DNA of 64,000 nt from positions 15,378,001 through 15,442,000 of the forward strand of contig NC_086109.1 of assembly GCF_963921235.1 (NCBI RefSeq), read 5' to 3'. Shown here piece after piece: positions 12,465 through 24,834 of the stretch (positions are counted from its first letter, which is position 1; the number at the start of each line of letters is the position of its first letter). Source of the stretch: Mobula hypostoma. Its lineage: Eukaryota. A program made the translations under genes and the position numbers. Under the pieces are notes generated by a model. That model saw nothing but the letters and a program-made list of their open reading frames with translations, did not search any database and was not told the origin of the DNA.

Positions 12465-13900
12465 AATATAAGTTTCAAGACTCATGATTTTTTAATGCCA
12501 CAAATGTAAAAGAGAATGAAATAATTGTTACTCTAGATCTAATGCAGTACAAAAAAAACACAATAATAAAAAAAACAAAAATTATAAATACATTAAATAG
12601 CTTATATACATAGATTGATTGTATGTCCATAAAATGATACTATGCACAGGAGTATCTGTATATAAGGTGACTTTGACGAGAAATGATAAAGTGGGGGTGT
12701 AGAGGGGTGGTTTAGTGGGGGGAGTGTTGTTCAGACTTAATGCTCGGGGAAAGTAACTGTTTTTTGAATCTGGTAGTCCTAGTGTGGATGCTGCATAGCC
12801 TCCTCCCTGATGGGAGTGGGACAAACGGTCTGTTAGTAGGGTGAATGGAATCCTTCTTGATGTTACTGGTCCTTTTCTGGTACCTTTCTATATATGTGTC
12901 CTTGATCGTGCATGGCTGGTGCTGGTGAAGCATTGGGCAGTTTTGATTACCCATTGCAGAACCTTCCTCTTCACTGCAGAGCAGTTTGAATTGAATTGAA
13001 TTTATCTCTTACATCCTTCACATACATGAGGAGTAAAAATCTTGATGTTACGGCTCTGTACAATTTATAATAATTTGTAATAAATAGTATGTACAACAGG
13101 ACAGTCAATATAGCATAGAAATACAGTTGAATCAGCGTGAATTAATCAGTCTGATGGCCTGGCGGAAGAAGCTGACCCGGAACCTGTTGGTCCTGGCTTT
13201 TATGCTATGGCACCCCTTCCCAGATGGTAGCAGCTGGAACAGTTTGTGGTTGGGGTGACTCGGGTCCCCAATGATCCTTCGGGCCCTTTTTACGCATCTG
13301 TCTCTGTAAATAGCCTGAGTAGTGGGTTTCCTTACCATGTTTGTTAGGATGCTCTCTACTGCACAACTGCAGAGGGACGTGTGTATGGATGTGCATCGTC
13401 TAGCTCTCTTATGCCTTCTTAGAAAGTAAGTGTGTTGGCGAGCTTTCCTGACTGTGTAGGATGTGTTCTGGGAACATGAAAGTGTGTGTGAGATGTGCAC
13501 TCCCAGGAGTCTGAAACTGCTAGCAGATTCTTCTGCTGTGTCACCGATGGAAAGCAGAGTGTGAGTGGTGCAAGTTCTCCTGAAGTTGATAACAATCTCC
13601 CTTGCCTTACTGATATTGAGAGAAAGGTTATTTGCCTGGCACCAGGACTTGGGCTCTTCCACCTCCTCTCTGTAGGCTGCCGCATTGCTCTTGGTAATGA
13701 GCCCCATCACTGTCATGTCATTGGCAAACGTGACAAGGTAATTACTTGGGTGTCTGGCTGTGCAGTCATGTGTGAGCAGAGTGTACAGCAATGAACTCAG
13801 CACACAGCTGGGGGTGGGGGGGGCACCGATGAGGGGGAGGGAGGTGTGGTTGTACATGCTGACTATCTAAGCTCCGTTGGTTAGGAAGTCCAACACCCAG
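12465..13900 (-). mobile_element. Two adjacent Rex1/Babar LINE fragments, the second including part of the RT
   Basis: GAP...CVLSSLLYTLLTHDC...LVTFANDMTVMGLI...YREEVE...WCQANNLSLNISK...LLPSGK...RFRVSFFRQAIRLIN; (AATTC)n and TTGAAAC tails. Confidence 0.85.
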
Positions 13901-14053
13901 TTACACGGTGGGAAATATTCAATAGCAATGGTAGTGTTTGTGATGGATTGATTTAATGATGATCACAGCCATGATTTACAGATGGACCCTCTTCTCCAAG
14001 AGCAGTCTCTCAAAGTCATTACAGTTCTCTGGGTTCTAACAGGCCAATGTGGG

Positions 14054-15405
14054 AACCATTGGTGGGAAATATCGGATTTTAACCACTGGTGGGGTAGATG
14101 GGTGGGAAATATCGGATTTCAACCATTGGTAGGGTAGATGGGTGGGGAATATCGAAGCGTAACCATTGGTGGGGTAGATGGGTGGGGGATATCGAAGTGT
14201 AACCATTGGTGGGGTAGATGGGTGGGGAATATCGGATTTCAACCATTGGTAGGGTAGATGGGTGGGGAATATCGAAGCGTAACCATTGGTGGGGTAGATG
14301 GGTGGGGGATATCGAAGTGTAACCATTGGTGGGGTAGATGGGTGGGGAATATCGGTCTAACCATTTGTGGGGTAGATGGGAGGGAATATTGGTCTAACCT
14401 TTGGTGGGGTAGGTGAGTGGGGAATATCGAAGCATAACCATTGGTGGGGTAGATGGGTGGGGAATATTGAAACGTAAGCATTGGGGGGGGTAGATGGGTG
14501 GGAAATATTGAAGCGTAACTATTGGTGGGGTAGATGGGAGGGAATATCGGTCTAACCATTGGTGGGGTAGATGGGTGGGGAATATTGAAGCGTAAGCATT
14601 GGTGGGGTAGATGGGTGGGGAATATTGAAGCGTAACTATTGGTGGGGTAGATGGGAGGGAATATCGGTCTAACCATTGGTGGGGTAGATGGGAGGGAATA
14701 TTGGTCTAACCTTTGGTGGGGTAGATGAGTGGGGAATATCGAAGCATAACCATTGGTGGGGTAGATGGGTGGGGAATATTGAAACGTAAGCATTGGGGGG
14801 GGTAGATGGGTGGGAAATATTGAAGCGTAACTATTGGTGGGGTAGATGGGAGGGAATATCGGTCTAACCATTGGTGGGGTAGATGGGTGGGGAATATTGA
14901 AGCGTAAGCATTGGTGGGGTAGATGGGTGGGGAATATTGAAGCGTAACTATTGGTGGGGTAGATGGGAGGGAATATCGGTCTAACCATTGGTGGGGTAGA
15001 TGGGAGGGAATATTGGTCTAACCTTTGGTGGGGTAGATGAGTGGGGAATATCGAAGCATAACCATTGGTGGGGTAGATGGGTGGGGAATATTGAAACGTA
15101 AGCATTGGGGGGGGTAGATGGGTGGGAAATATTGAAGCGTAACTATTGGTGGGGTAGATGGGAGGGAATATCGGTCTAACCATTGGTGGGGTAGATGGGT
15201 GGGGAATATTGAAGCGTAAGCATTGGTGGGGTAGATGGGTGGGGAATATTAAGCGTAACTATTGGTGGCGTAGATGGGAGGGAATATCGGTCTAACCATT
15301 GGTGGGGTAGATGGGAGGGAATATCGGTCTAACCATTGGTGGGGTAGATGGGTGGGGAATGTTGAAGTCTAGCCGTTGGTGGGGTAGATGGTGGGGAATA
15401 TCGAA
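14054..15405 (+). repeat. G-rich minisatellite, 38-41 bp unit, about 34 copies, with 312-bp higher-order repeat
   Basis: Unit AACCATTGGTGGGGTAGATGGGTGGGGAATATCGAAGCGT; diagnostic variants recur at 14389/14701/15013 and 14469/14781/15093. Confidence 0.95.
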
Positions 15406-15599
15406 GGTGGTGGATCCATCCATTTACACAGCATTCTCTCTGTTTCCAGTGAAAAGACTCAGGGACCTCAGTGCCTTGCTGAAACCCTGTGTCTCGTGTG
15501 GGTGGCTCAAGATTTCCAGCATCTGCAGAATCTCTTGTGTTCAACTCATTTTCTCTTTGTTGTTCACAATACAGAATTCTTAGAGCTAATTACTAGAGC

Positions 15600-15889
15600 C
15601 ATGGTAGGGTAGTGGTTAGTGTCATGGGGGTGGGGTTGGAGTTCAGAGTTCAAATCTGGCGCTGTCTGTAAAGAAGTTGTGTGTTCTCCCCATGACTATA
15701 TGGGTTTCCTCCATGTGCTCCGTTATCCTCCCACAGTCCAAAGATGTACCGGTTAGCAGGTCAATTGGTCATTGCAAATTTTTCTGTGGTCCAACCAGTG
15801 TTAAATAGGTGTGTTGCTGAGTGTGCTGCTCATTGGAGCAAAATGGCCCATTCCACATTGTATCGTTAAATACATAAAGAAATAAATAA
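15600..15889 (+). mobile_element. V-domain tRNA-derived SINE
   Basis: TGGTAGGGTAGTGG...GAGTTCAAATC head, GGGTTTCCTCCATGTGCTCC...CCTCCCACAGTCCAAAG, (AAAT)n tail. Confidence 0.75.
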
Positions 15890-16460
15890 TGGGCCTGGCA
15901 GAGTAGAAATGATGTTTCATCTTATAGGGATTCTTTACAAATAGATTAGCCAAATGTGTATCAACCCTCGACCATCAGGCTCTTGAACCAAATGGGATAA
16001 CTTCACTCATCTTCACTTGCCCCAAAACTTAACTGTTCCCACTACCTATGGACTTACTTTTGAGGACTCTTCATCTCACGTTCTTGGTAGTTATTGCTTA
16101 GAGAGAGCTGACCTGAGGCTGTGGCCTGCAATGGGCTTCGTGGTTGTGAACTCACTTTCGTGAACTCCAGTTCTGAATGCTATTTGCTTACTTTTATTTT
16201 GCATGACTTGTTTCTCTCCTGCACACTGGGTGTTCGACAGTCTTTTTTAAATGGGTTCTATTGTGTTCCATGTGGCTGCCTGTGAAGAAATGAACCTCCA
16301 AGTTGTATATTGTATACAGTATGTACTTTGATAATGAATGTACTTTGAACTTCATTTTTTTTCTTTTGTATTTGCACAAGTCATTGTCTTTTGCACACTG
16401 GTAGTTTCCCATCCTGTTGGGTGCGACCTTTCATTGATTCTATTGTGTTTCTTGGATTTT

Positions 16461-16905
16461 AGAACATAAGAACATAAGAAACAGGAGCATCTCACCTGTC
16501 AAGCCTGCTCCACCATTCAATAAGATCATGGCTGATCATCTCCACCTACCTGCTTTTTCCCCATAAACCTTAATTCCCCTCCTATGCAAAAATCTATCTA
16601 ACCCTATCTTAAATACGTTTGTATATTTACTGAGGTAGCCTCCACTGCTTCACTGGGCAGAGAATTCCACAGATTCGCCACTCTCTGGGAAAAGCAGTTC
16701 CTCCTCATCTCCGTCCTAAATCTACACCCCTAATCTTGAGGCTACGTCCCCCGTTCTAGTCTCACCTACCAATGGGAACAACTATCCTGCCTTTATCATA
16801 TCTATCCCTTTCATAATTTTATATGTTTCTGTAAGATCTCCTCTCATTCTTCTGAATTCCAGCAAGTACAGTCCCAGGCAACTCAATCTCTCCTCATAGT
16901 CTAAC
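16461..16905 (-). mobile_element. CR1 LINE 3' fragment inserted in a Rex-type 3' UTR (about 15955-16997)
   Basis: (AGAACATA)n tail; agaattccacagattc / tcctcctcatctccgtcctaaa CR1 motifs. Confidence 0.75.
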
Positions 16906-17337
16906 CATTTATCATGCATGTCCTCAAGAAAATGAGTCTCAGAATTTTATATGGTGACATATATGTAACTTTATAATAAATTTATTTTGAACGTTGAATC
17001 CAGAATTAGGAAGCAATTTCTTCACCAAAGTGTGGCTGGAGTGTGGAAATGTAATTGCAGGAGCTGTTGGGCTGGACAGCACTAATTTAGTTAAAACAAC
17101 GTAAGCTCATGAATGAAAGGAATAAAGGGATTTTCTGATAGATTAAGATAAAGAAAAGAACAAACAATGGATTGCTCATTCAGGGATATAAACAACAGGA
17201 TGAATTACCTACCTGAAGGACTGCATACGAAGACTTTTTTCTCAACAGGTCTGGTTTGGCTTGAGATCAGAGCCTCTCTCTTCTTAAGCTACCTGTCCCC
17301 ATTGCTTTCATCCAAATGCCAAATAATCCCTCTCTTT

Positions 17338-18070
17338 AACACAAGAGTTTCTGCAGATGCTGAAAATCAAGAGCAACACACTAATTGCGGGAGGAACTCA
17401 TCAGGTCAGGCAGCATCTACGAAGCAGTCTATGTTTCGGGGTGAGACACCCCTTTATCAGGAACCATGTTGCTTTAATTTCTCTCATCACTCTTTCTATT
17501 TCTTTGATTTTCTTTTTACACCTTGTAGTCTAATATCATTTAAATACTTCTCTATTTCTCATTTAAGTACTGCACACATCATAAACACGATAAAGTCTGC
17601 AGGTAATGGAAATCCAAAGCAATCCAGACCAAATGCTGAAGAAACTCATCAGGTCAGGAAACACCTATGATAATGAATAGAGTCATGTTTCGGGCCTAGA
17701 CTCTTCTTCGGGACTGAGACGGAAGGGGGAAAGATGCCAGATAAACAGGTAGGGAGAGGGGAAAGAGGCTAGCTGGATGGTGATAGGTGAAGCAAGGAGG
17801 GTGGGAAAGGTCAAGAGCCAGAGGGGAAGGAATCTGATAGGAGAAGAGAGTGGACAATAGGAGAAAGGGAAGGAGGAGGGGACCCAGGGGAAAGTGATAG
17901 GCAGGTGAGAAGAGGTAAAAGGCCAGAGCGGGGAATAGAGGAAGGGGGAAGGGATTTTTTTATTGAATGGAGAAATTGATATTCATGCCATTAGGTTGGA
18001 GGCTATCCGAATGGAATATGTATTGCTCCTCCACCCTGAGGGAGGCCTCATCGTGGCAAATGAAGAGACA
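17338..18070 (-). mobile_element. Penelope-like element remnants: ORF C-terminus, pyrimidine-rich spacer and two terminal repeats
   Basis: Minus strand LRVEEQYIFHSDSLQPNGMNINFS (GIY-YIG tail-like, L..LQP.GMN), then decayed hammerhead-bearing repeats. Confidence 0.7.
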
Positions 18071-18510
18071 TCAATAGGAGAAAATAGCACATACCATGTT
18101 ATTTTCTTGCCTTGTGTATTCATTTGGTGTTCTCTTTTAGCCTCTCCCCCAGACACTCCTTAATACCTTCCCCTATGACTAATCTATTGATTGTCTCCTC
18201 TGATGCCTCTTTCTGGGCTTGAGAATGTTAAAAAATAGCACATTGAGTCAGTCTGCCACATGATATAAACTAATTTTTTTCTTGTTTATATCAATAGAAC
18301 TCTTTAAAGTAATTAAAGGTCCTAGTAGGGTGTTTTTTCTTATGGGAATTCCTTAACTACTGGTGTTAAATATAGTGTAGCCAAACATATATCCAATCCC
18401 TGATGAGGAAGCAAAGATATTTGACAAAATGATGAAGAAGCAGAGACACTGTGAAATGAATAACTAATGTGTGTATGCGAGTGCATTTCTGTGTGTGAAT
18501 ACGTCAAGGG

Positions 18511-18863
18511 TGTAACCTGACCACGCCAGTCTCCAATTCTCTGGAATACCGATAGTTGGTGCACTCCCTTTAAAGATTCTGGCCCACTCTGCTAATTGGC
18601 GGCCATGAGCACCAAGGTTTGGATATTTAAAGAGCACCTGAACTCAGGTTTGGTGCTCAACCTTCAGCTCAACTTTGGTTCAGAAAGCGATTGCACTTAA
18701 AATTTCTGTCTTGTTTGGATTCTCATCTGGTCTCGTCAGGTTCTTGTTTATCATCTAGTCAAGAACTCTGTTCTCATCTCAGTCTCAAAATCATGTCTCA
18801 GTTCTAGTCTCGGATACTCTGCCACTTGAGTCCTTACTTTCCTGGCATATGCCTCTTATCACA
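18511..18863 (+). mobile_element. Solo LTR (353 bp)
   Basis: TGT...ACA termini, perfect 5-bp TSD AAGGG (18506-18510 and 18864-18868), internal TATTTAAA box. Confidence 0.75.
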
Positions 18864-19464
18864 AAGGGGCCTTCTTAAAGAAAGGCTCTTTGTACTTTTT
18901 TCTCCGCCACTTCCCAATTCTTTTATTGCTTTCTAAAGTTCTTTGTGAAATATTCTGGTCCTGATTAAAGTTCCATACCTGAAATATTAAAAACTGCTAC
19001 TGCAAAAGATTTCCATGTTTTTGGATTTTAATCTGATTCCTACTTTCATTTCAGGTCTATTCATTTGTATTCATGTTCTTTTGGTTATATTATTAAAATT
19101 TATATTAAATAATGTACTCATTTCTCTGCTAACCATGCCTCTGGCTATTTTAATGACCTGAATCAAATTCTATCACAATTCTTTGTGCTAAAATAACAAA
19201 TTCAGTTTTATGAATCAGAAAACCTAGAGCCTTAAATTTAAAAAAAAACCTGTTGTATTATTCATGCCCAAATGATATACATCTAACAGGACCTTTATAA
19301 GTTGAATAAGGGTTTAAGATCTTCTTTGAGTTTGCTAACCATTAGCCAAGTTTGTAAAACTATAATTTTTGGCCTCATTTTTTCTATAACCACCTTGAGT
19401 CCTATGAAGCTGAAGACTTTTACATTTTTCCTCAGTTTTGCTTAAGGACCAGCTATAGGTGATC

Positions 19465-19820
19465 TTTGGGTGGCAGGGTGAAGATATGTCTCTACTAAAG
19501 GAGGTGTAAAGCGCTCTTTCCCTCTGCTAAATGATCACCTATGGGCAAGGTATAGCACCTGCATAACTCCTCCGATCAGGGTATGTGAAGCTGTGGGAGG
19601 GGGTGGGGGATAGTCATATGAGCAGGTGGTGCATATCATAAATTCTGGCTATGCCAGGCAGACGATCTCCCAAGAGTGTTGATAATGGCTGGGGTTACCC
19701 CTCTTGTAAAGACACTGCCCAGAAGAAAACAATGGCAAACTATGTCTGTAGAAAAAATTGCCAAGGCCATGATCACTCACATCATATGACACGGCACATG
19801 ATGAAGATGAAGATGATGAT
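19465..19820 (+). mobile_element. RTE-related non-autonomous retroposon; second copy at about 50047-50415
   Basis: Shared GATAATGGCTGGGG...CACTGCCCAGAA...CAATGGCAAAC...CTGTAGAAAAA; (GAT)n-type tail. Confidence 0.6.
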
Positions 19821-20134
19821 AGGTGATCTTGTCTTTCCCCATTTTGGCCTCAATCTAAAAGCTTCCCATGTTCTTTATCACTTAATTCTTTCAACAAGTT
19901 TTTGATAATCTGCCCTCGCAGTTCTCTGTGTACTGTGCTTTTCAGAAAGCATCTTGGTTCATTACATGTAAGAACCATTATATCTATGAAGTTTAATGTT
20001 GTTTGATGAATTGGCTCATTAGTCTGGACTTGTCTATGGAATGTATTTGGAAAAGCGCCACCAGGACCTTTCAATAATGGCAGGCTATCAAAGAGTGTGG
20101 AAGAGTCTGTATAAAGCCATTAAAGTAACAGGGC

Positions 20135-20450
20135 AGAGTAGCATGGTAGTGTAGCAGTTAGCACAACGCTTTACAGTGCCAGCTGTAAGATCGGGGTTTA
20201 ATTCCACCGCAGTCTGCAAGGGGTTTGTGTGTTCACCCTAAGACCATGTGGATGCTCTGGTTTCTTCCCACATTCCAAAGACATATGGGTTAGGGGTAGT
20301 AAGTTGTGGGTTTGCTATGTTGGCGTCAGAAGCGCGACAACACTTGTGGGCTGACCAGCACAATTCTCGTTGCATTGATTTGATGCAAATGACACCTTTC
20401 ACTGTGTGTATGTTTCAATGTTCATGGGACAAATAAAAACAAAGCTAATC
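20135..20450 (+). mobile_element. V-domain tRNA-derived SINE
   Basis: GGTAGTGTAGCAGTTAGC...GGTTTAATTCC head; GCTCTGGTTTCTTCCCACATTCCAAAGAC. Confidence 0.75.
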
Positions 20451-20659
20451 AAAGAGGTGTATAGGATGGTTTTCTTTATTAGAGGACTGAAGTGGAATAA
20501 GGGCATTGATGTTATACTGGGACTGTTCATAACACTCGGTATACCACAGCATGAATACTGCATGGAGTTCTGATCACTACATTGTTGGAAGGACGTGATT
20601 GCACAAGAAAGGGCATTCAGGAGAGTTATGAAGGTATTGTCATGACTGGGAAGTTTTCA

Positions 20660-20985
20660 CCCACCTATCACTTCCCCCGGCTCTCCTCCTCCTTCCCTTT
20701 CTCCTCTGGTCCACTCTCCTCTCCTGTCAGATTCCTTTGTCTCCAGCCTTTTAGCTTTCCCAAGCCAACAAGAGAAAATCTGCAGTTGGTGGAAATCCAA
20801 GCAACACACACAAAATGCTTGAGGCACTCAGCGGGCCAGGCAGCATCTAAGGAAAAAAGTACAGTTGACGTTTCGGGCCAAGTTCTGCTGAAGTGTCTCA
20901 ACTCGAAACGTTGACTATACTTTTTTTGCATAGATTCTGCCTGGCCTTTGAGCTCCTCTAGCATTTTGTGTGTGTTGCTTTGGAT
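20660..20985. mobile_element. Penelope-type repeat in inverted (head-to-head) arrangement
   Basis: AAGCAACACACACAAAATGCT...GACGTTTCGGG (about 20799-20877) mirrored by CGAAACGTTGAC...AGCATTTTGTGTGTGTTGCTT (about 20904-20980). Confidence 0.75.
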
Positions 20986-21027
20986 AAACCAGGATTGTTT
21001 TCTTTGAAGTGGAGACAGCTAAGAAAA

Positions 21028-21245
21028 CTGGCCGGTGGCACAGTGAGATCAGCGCTGGACTCCGGAGCGAAGGTTCCCGAGTTCGATTCCAGGTCGGGCC
21101 ACCCCCGAACACGCTTTCCATCCGTGCCGGGTTGAGTGTCGAGCTAGCCACTCGGCCTCGTAAAAAATACAAGGGTCAAGTCAGGAATGTTCATAAGATG
21201 ACCCGGTTAATCCTGACACCACATGCCAGACAAGAATGGCTGAAT
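21028..21245 (+). mobile_element. tRNA-derived SINE (CpG-rich family); inverted copy at about 30420-30640
   Basis: A box TGGCACAGTGAG, B box GAGTTCGATTCC, shared CACGCTTTCCATCCGTGCCGGG...CTCGGCCTC. Confidence 0.75.
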
Positions 21246-21274
21246 ATCTGGTATGACACACTTAAAAAAATTTT

Positions 21275-21760
21275 GCCCCTCAACACCATTCTCCTGCCTT
21301 CTCCCTATAACCTTTGATGGCCTTACTAATCAAGAACTTATAATTTTCCATTTGAAATATACCCAATGACTTGGCCTCCACAGCCATTTGTGGCTGTGAA
21401 TTCTACAGATTCTCTACTCCCTGGTTAAAGAAATTCCTCCTCATCTATTTTCTAAAGGGACATCCTTCTATTCTGAGGCTGTGTCCTCTGGTCCTACACT
21501 CTTCCACGATAGGGAACATCCTGCCTATGTAACCCTTCGTAGATTTCAATGACATCCTCTCCCCCCAACCCTTATTCTTCTAAGCAGCAGATAGTTCAGG
21601 CCCAGAGCTATCCAAGCACTTCTCATACATTAACCCTTTCATTCCTAGGATCATTCTCATGAACCTCCTCTGGACTCTCTCCAATGCTGGCACATTCTTT
21701 TTTCGATATGGGGCCAAAAACTGCTTACCACACTCCAAGTGTGGTCTGACCAATGCCTAT
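21275..21760 (-). mobile_element. CR1 LINE 3' fragment
   Basis: Colinear with 2600-3120, more diverged. Confidence 0.75.
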
Positions 21761-21943
21761 TAAATCTATGTCTCTGATGGGTAGGCTGCATTTAAGTTAC
21801 CCCCAAAGTTTCAAAAGAATGCGATTGCCTTGATATCTTCCCCCAGCGGAAAGGAGGCTTCATGTTTGTCTGCGAGTCCCCAGAGGACGGAAGGACAACA
21901 ATGAACTATGACAAGTTTTGCTTGCACTTTTTTTTTGTTGTGG

Positions 21944-21949
21944 TTTATT
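21944..21949 (-). promoter_or_regulatory. Candidate distal polyadenylation signal of LRRN2 (a proximal AATAAA lies at 22643-22648)
   Basis: AATAAA on the minus strand near the edge of the TE-free stretch downstream of the stop codon; implies a 3' UTR of about 0.75 kb. Confidence 0.5.
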
Positions 21950-22695
21950 CAGAAAATACTGCAATCAAAAGAAACGCTTCCATGAATCCTTTGCGTTTCT
22001 GCACATATGGTTTTGTGCAGTAACGGCCGAAGGTACAGGAAAACTACAGAAAAAATGAGGTTGGTAAATGGTGCAGTGATACAAAACACTGGCGTCGCCT
22101 CAAAACTGCAAAACTCATTGCGGTGCTCAAAGGTGCTCCGTGACTCGTCTCTCTCTCTGAGCATTGCGGAAGGACAGAAGGGAGCTCAAAGCAAGGTGTG
22201 TGACGTTACAGTCTGAACCTAGAAAAATATGCACATACTTCCTGTATAAAATTGTTGTAAACCTGCTCTCGATTTCCTTTCAGATTTTCAAGTGCCTAGC
22301 TCGAAAAAAAAACAGATTTTCTATCGACATGATCACAAAGGTTTTTTTTACATAAGAAATCAGATACAGTGAGATCCCTGTTTTTTTTTTAATATCTTTC
22401 CCAGACTCCTATATATGTCTCCAATTAACAGAGTTCATAACCTGTACAGAACAAACACATTGACATCGGTTGCACAGAGAAGGGAGATTTCTACCAGGAG
22501 GGTTTACTGCCAAAAAAATGCCACCCTCTTATGTCTACAAGAACTCATTGGAATCTGGATCTACTTCCTCTTCTGCTGAGATTTGATTCCTTGACCCATT
22601 TTGTCTGTTTTCATCTGGACAGTGAAAGGGGAGACGTGTCTCTTTATTAGCTTGGCTTGCGGTTCCACTTCTCCTTGGCTCACTTTGACCTCGTC

Positions 22696-24834
22696 TCAGA
22701 TGGTGCTGCAGTAGCCGGCATTCGAAGAGCCCAGTGGGGTGGATTGCAGTTCTACCGCTACTGTTTTGCCTGAGGTGCTGCCAGGTTCCCAGTGCTTGAT
22801 GAACAGAGGGTAAATACGGTGCAGCGAGGTGGACAGGTTCCTCTGCATGCTCACGGACAGTGGCCGGTGCTCCTCCACCACCTTCGGCCTGACAGACACA
22901 AGCCTGCGGAGGGCCAGGACGCTTACTGCCACAAAGAGCGCGCAGACAGTCAAGGCAATTAGAAACTGCGGCCTGATCTCACTCTTCGCGGTTGCTGGGC
23001 GGGCTTCTTTGGTCCTGCCCCTGATGCAAGACGCATCAGTGTGGAGACTGACGTGGGACACGTGCACACATATCACGTATTCGGCAAGCGGCTCCAGCCG
23101 TGTCAAATTATAACTGTGCACGCCAGCAGGGATCCGAGCCGAGAAGGCAATATTCAAGCTGCTATTGCTCAGTGTACGTGACCAAGAGATATTTGACGAT
23201 ATTATGTTGGAGGTGATTATCCATGACAGCAGGATATAGTGGGCTTCTGTTTCTCGTATATAGAGCTGAATGTCGTCTTCATTTTCTGGATAGAACCCAC
23301 TCACTTTGATAGTGACACTCTTCGAGTCAGCTCCTACAAGGTTGTGAGCCACACAGGTATAAAGTCCTGCATCATCCATACTTATATTGAATATCTCCAG
23401 CGTGCCTTCAGGGCACAGCCTGTATTTGTCTGATGCAGTATAGGCTGAAAGCTTGTCACCGGAGGGCGTGACCCAATAAATCTCAGGATCTGGCTCAGCA
23501 AAAGCTCGGCAGTGAAGGGAAAGGGATTCTTCCATTTCAACACTGAGATGTGAGGGAAAGGCTTCTGAGGAAATGAGAGGAAGGCATCGGTCTGTCATCT
23601 CTCTGAATGGGACATCTCTCAGATTACGCCTGCTAAATTCTGGAGGGTCCACACAAAACGTTGACTGTGGCTCGATGAACCGAATGCGGTTTTCATTAGT
23701 GTTCACCCAGCGAATGACGCAGTCACACCTGATGGGGTTGTTGTGGATGCTGATCTCTTGCAGTTTAGATAGGGACTCGATAGTCTTTTTGTATAAGGCA
23801 CTCAGGGCGTTATTGTTCAGCATCAGAGTTTCCATCTGAGGAACAAGCCGAAACGCATTGGGATGAATGTAGGAAAACTTTGGGTTGTTGGTCACTTCCA
23901 GTTTGGTCAATTCAGGTAAATTGTCCAAAGCAAATTTATCAATGGAGGTCAGTTCCTCCATATTGTTAATCCCCAACTCCTTAAGATGGAGCATATCCGT
24001 AAAATCGCTCTGTTGGATCCTTTGAATCAAATTTTTGTTCAAATCCAAAAATTTAAGACCTGGGGCTTTCTGGAGGGCCACCTTTGGAACCTTGGATAAT
24101 TTGTTATCATAGAAGGAAATGCTCTCTAGATTCTCTAGACCTTCAAGAGCATAATCTGAGATTTCTTTCAGTCGCATTCCACTTAGAACCAGACTTCTTA
24201 AGTTAACGAGAGGTTTAAAGTTCATGTTCTGGATCTTCTCCACAGCATTCTCTCCAATCATGAGGATCTCCAGGCTAGGTAAAGCATTAAACCACTCACT
24301 TCTAATGCTCCTCAACCTGTTAGAGTTCAGGTGAAGCCGGAGCAGGTTCCCGAGCCCAGAGAAAGCTCCAGCAGAAATGGTGCTCAGCTGGTTGTGGTTT
24401 AAGTAAAGTTCCTGAAGGTTAGTGAGAGCGGAGAAGCATTTTTCTGACAGGTCAGTCAGCTGGTTCTCTTCCAGATGAAGGACCAGAAGGTTAGTCATGT
24501 TTGTCAAGCTGAAGTGTTCAATCTGTGAGAAACTGTTTTGGGACAGGTCTAGTTCTGTCAGGTTAACCAGGTGATGTAGCTCACCTGGCTCGATCTTGCT
24601 GATCCTGTTACTCTGTAGGAGTAACGTCTGTGTTCCTTCAGGCAAATTAGCAGGAACTTTGTACATGAAAAAAGCATTACAGTCTACTGTTGGTGCCTCT
24701 CGATACACGGACCTCGGGGTAAACCAAGGCTTAATTTCACAGACACACATATCAGGGCATCTGACATGCCAGGGTATTGCTTGAGCTAATGTAACAATTG
24801 CCAAGCTAATAAAAATGTACTCTTTCAGGAACAT
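22696..24834 (-). CDS. LRRN2: Leucine-rich repeat neuronal protein (LRRN/NLRR family), best match LRRN2; single coding exon, 712 aa from the first in-frame ATG
   Basis: Signal peptide (MFLKEYIFISLAIVTLAQA), LRRNT (PWHVRCPDMCVCEIKPWFTPRSVYREAPTVDCN), tandem LRRs (LTELDLSQN, LHLEENQL, LQELYLNHNQL, LLRLHLNSNRL), LRRCT (NPIRCDC), Ig domain (LHCRAFAEPDPEIYW...DAGLYTC), FN3-like region, TM helix (FLIALTVCALFVAVSVLAL), short tail. PWHVxCP, YREA and GTQTLLLQSN match my recollection of LRRN2 rather than LRRN1/3. The ORF track starts at a GTG (24861); the first ATG is at 24834. Confidence 0.92.
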   Translation of the reverse strand: MFLKEYIFISLAIVTLAQAIPWHVRCPDMCVCEIKPWFTPRSVYREAPTVDCNAFFMYKVPANLPEGTQTLLLQSNRISKIEPGELHHLVNLTELDLSQNSFSQIEHFSLTNMTNLLVLHLEENQLTDLSEKCFSALTNLQELYLNHNQLSTISAGAFSGLGNLLRLHLNSNRLRSIRSEWFNALPSLEILMIGENAVEKIQNMNFKPLVNLRSLVLSGMRLKEISDYALEGLENLESISFYDNKLSKVPKVALQKAPGLKFLDLNKNLIQRIQQSDFTDMLHLKELGINNMEELTSIDKFALDNLPELTKLEVTNNPKFSYIHPNAFRLVPQMETLMLNNNALSALYKKTIESLSKLQEISIHNNPIRCDCVIRWVNTNENRIRFIEPQSTFCVDPPEFSRRNLRDVPFREMTDRCLPLISSEAFPSHLSVEMEESLSLHCRAFAEPDPEIYWVTPSGDKLSAYTASDKYRLCPEGTLEIFNISMDDAGLYTCVAHNLVGADSKSVTIKVSGFYPENEDDIQLYIRETEAHYILLSWIITSNIISSNISWSRTLSNSSLNIAFSARIPAGVHSYNLTRLEPLAEYVICVHVSHVSLHTDASCIRGRTKEARPATAKSEIRPQFLIALTVCALFVAVSVLALRRLVSVRPKVVEEHRPLSVSMQRNLSTSLHRIYPLFIKHWEPGSTSGKTVAVELQSTPLGSSNAGYCSTI

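Noticed and set aside
14036..15183. 314-aa and 96-aa proline-rich ORFs
   Set aside because: Translations of the 40-bp minisatellite with no non-repetitive coding context.
19465..19700. Ribozyme at the 5' end of the other RTE-like short element (also about 50047)
   Set aside because: I could not assemble a complete HDV-like or twister fold from these diverged copies.
22829..24784. Plus-strand ORFs overlapping LRRN2
   Set aside because: Short antisense shadows of the real CDS.
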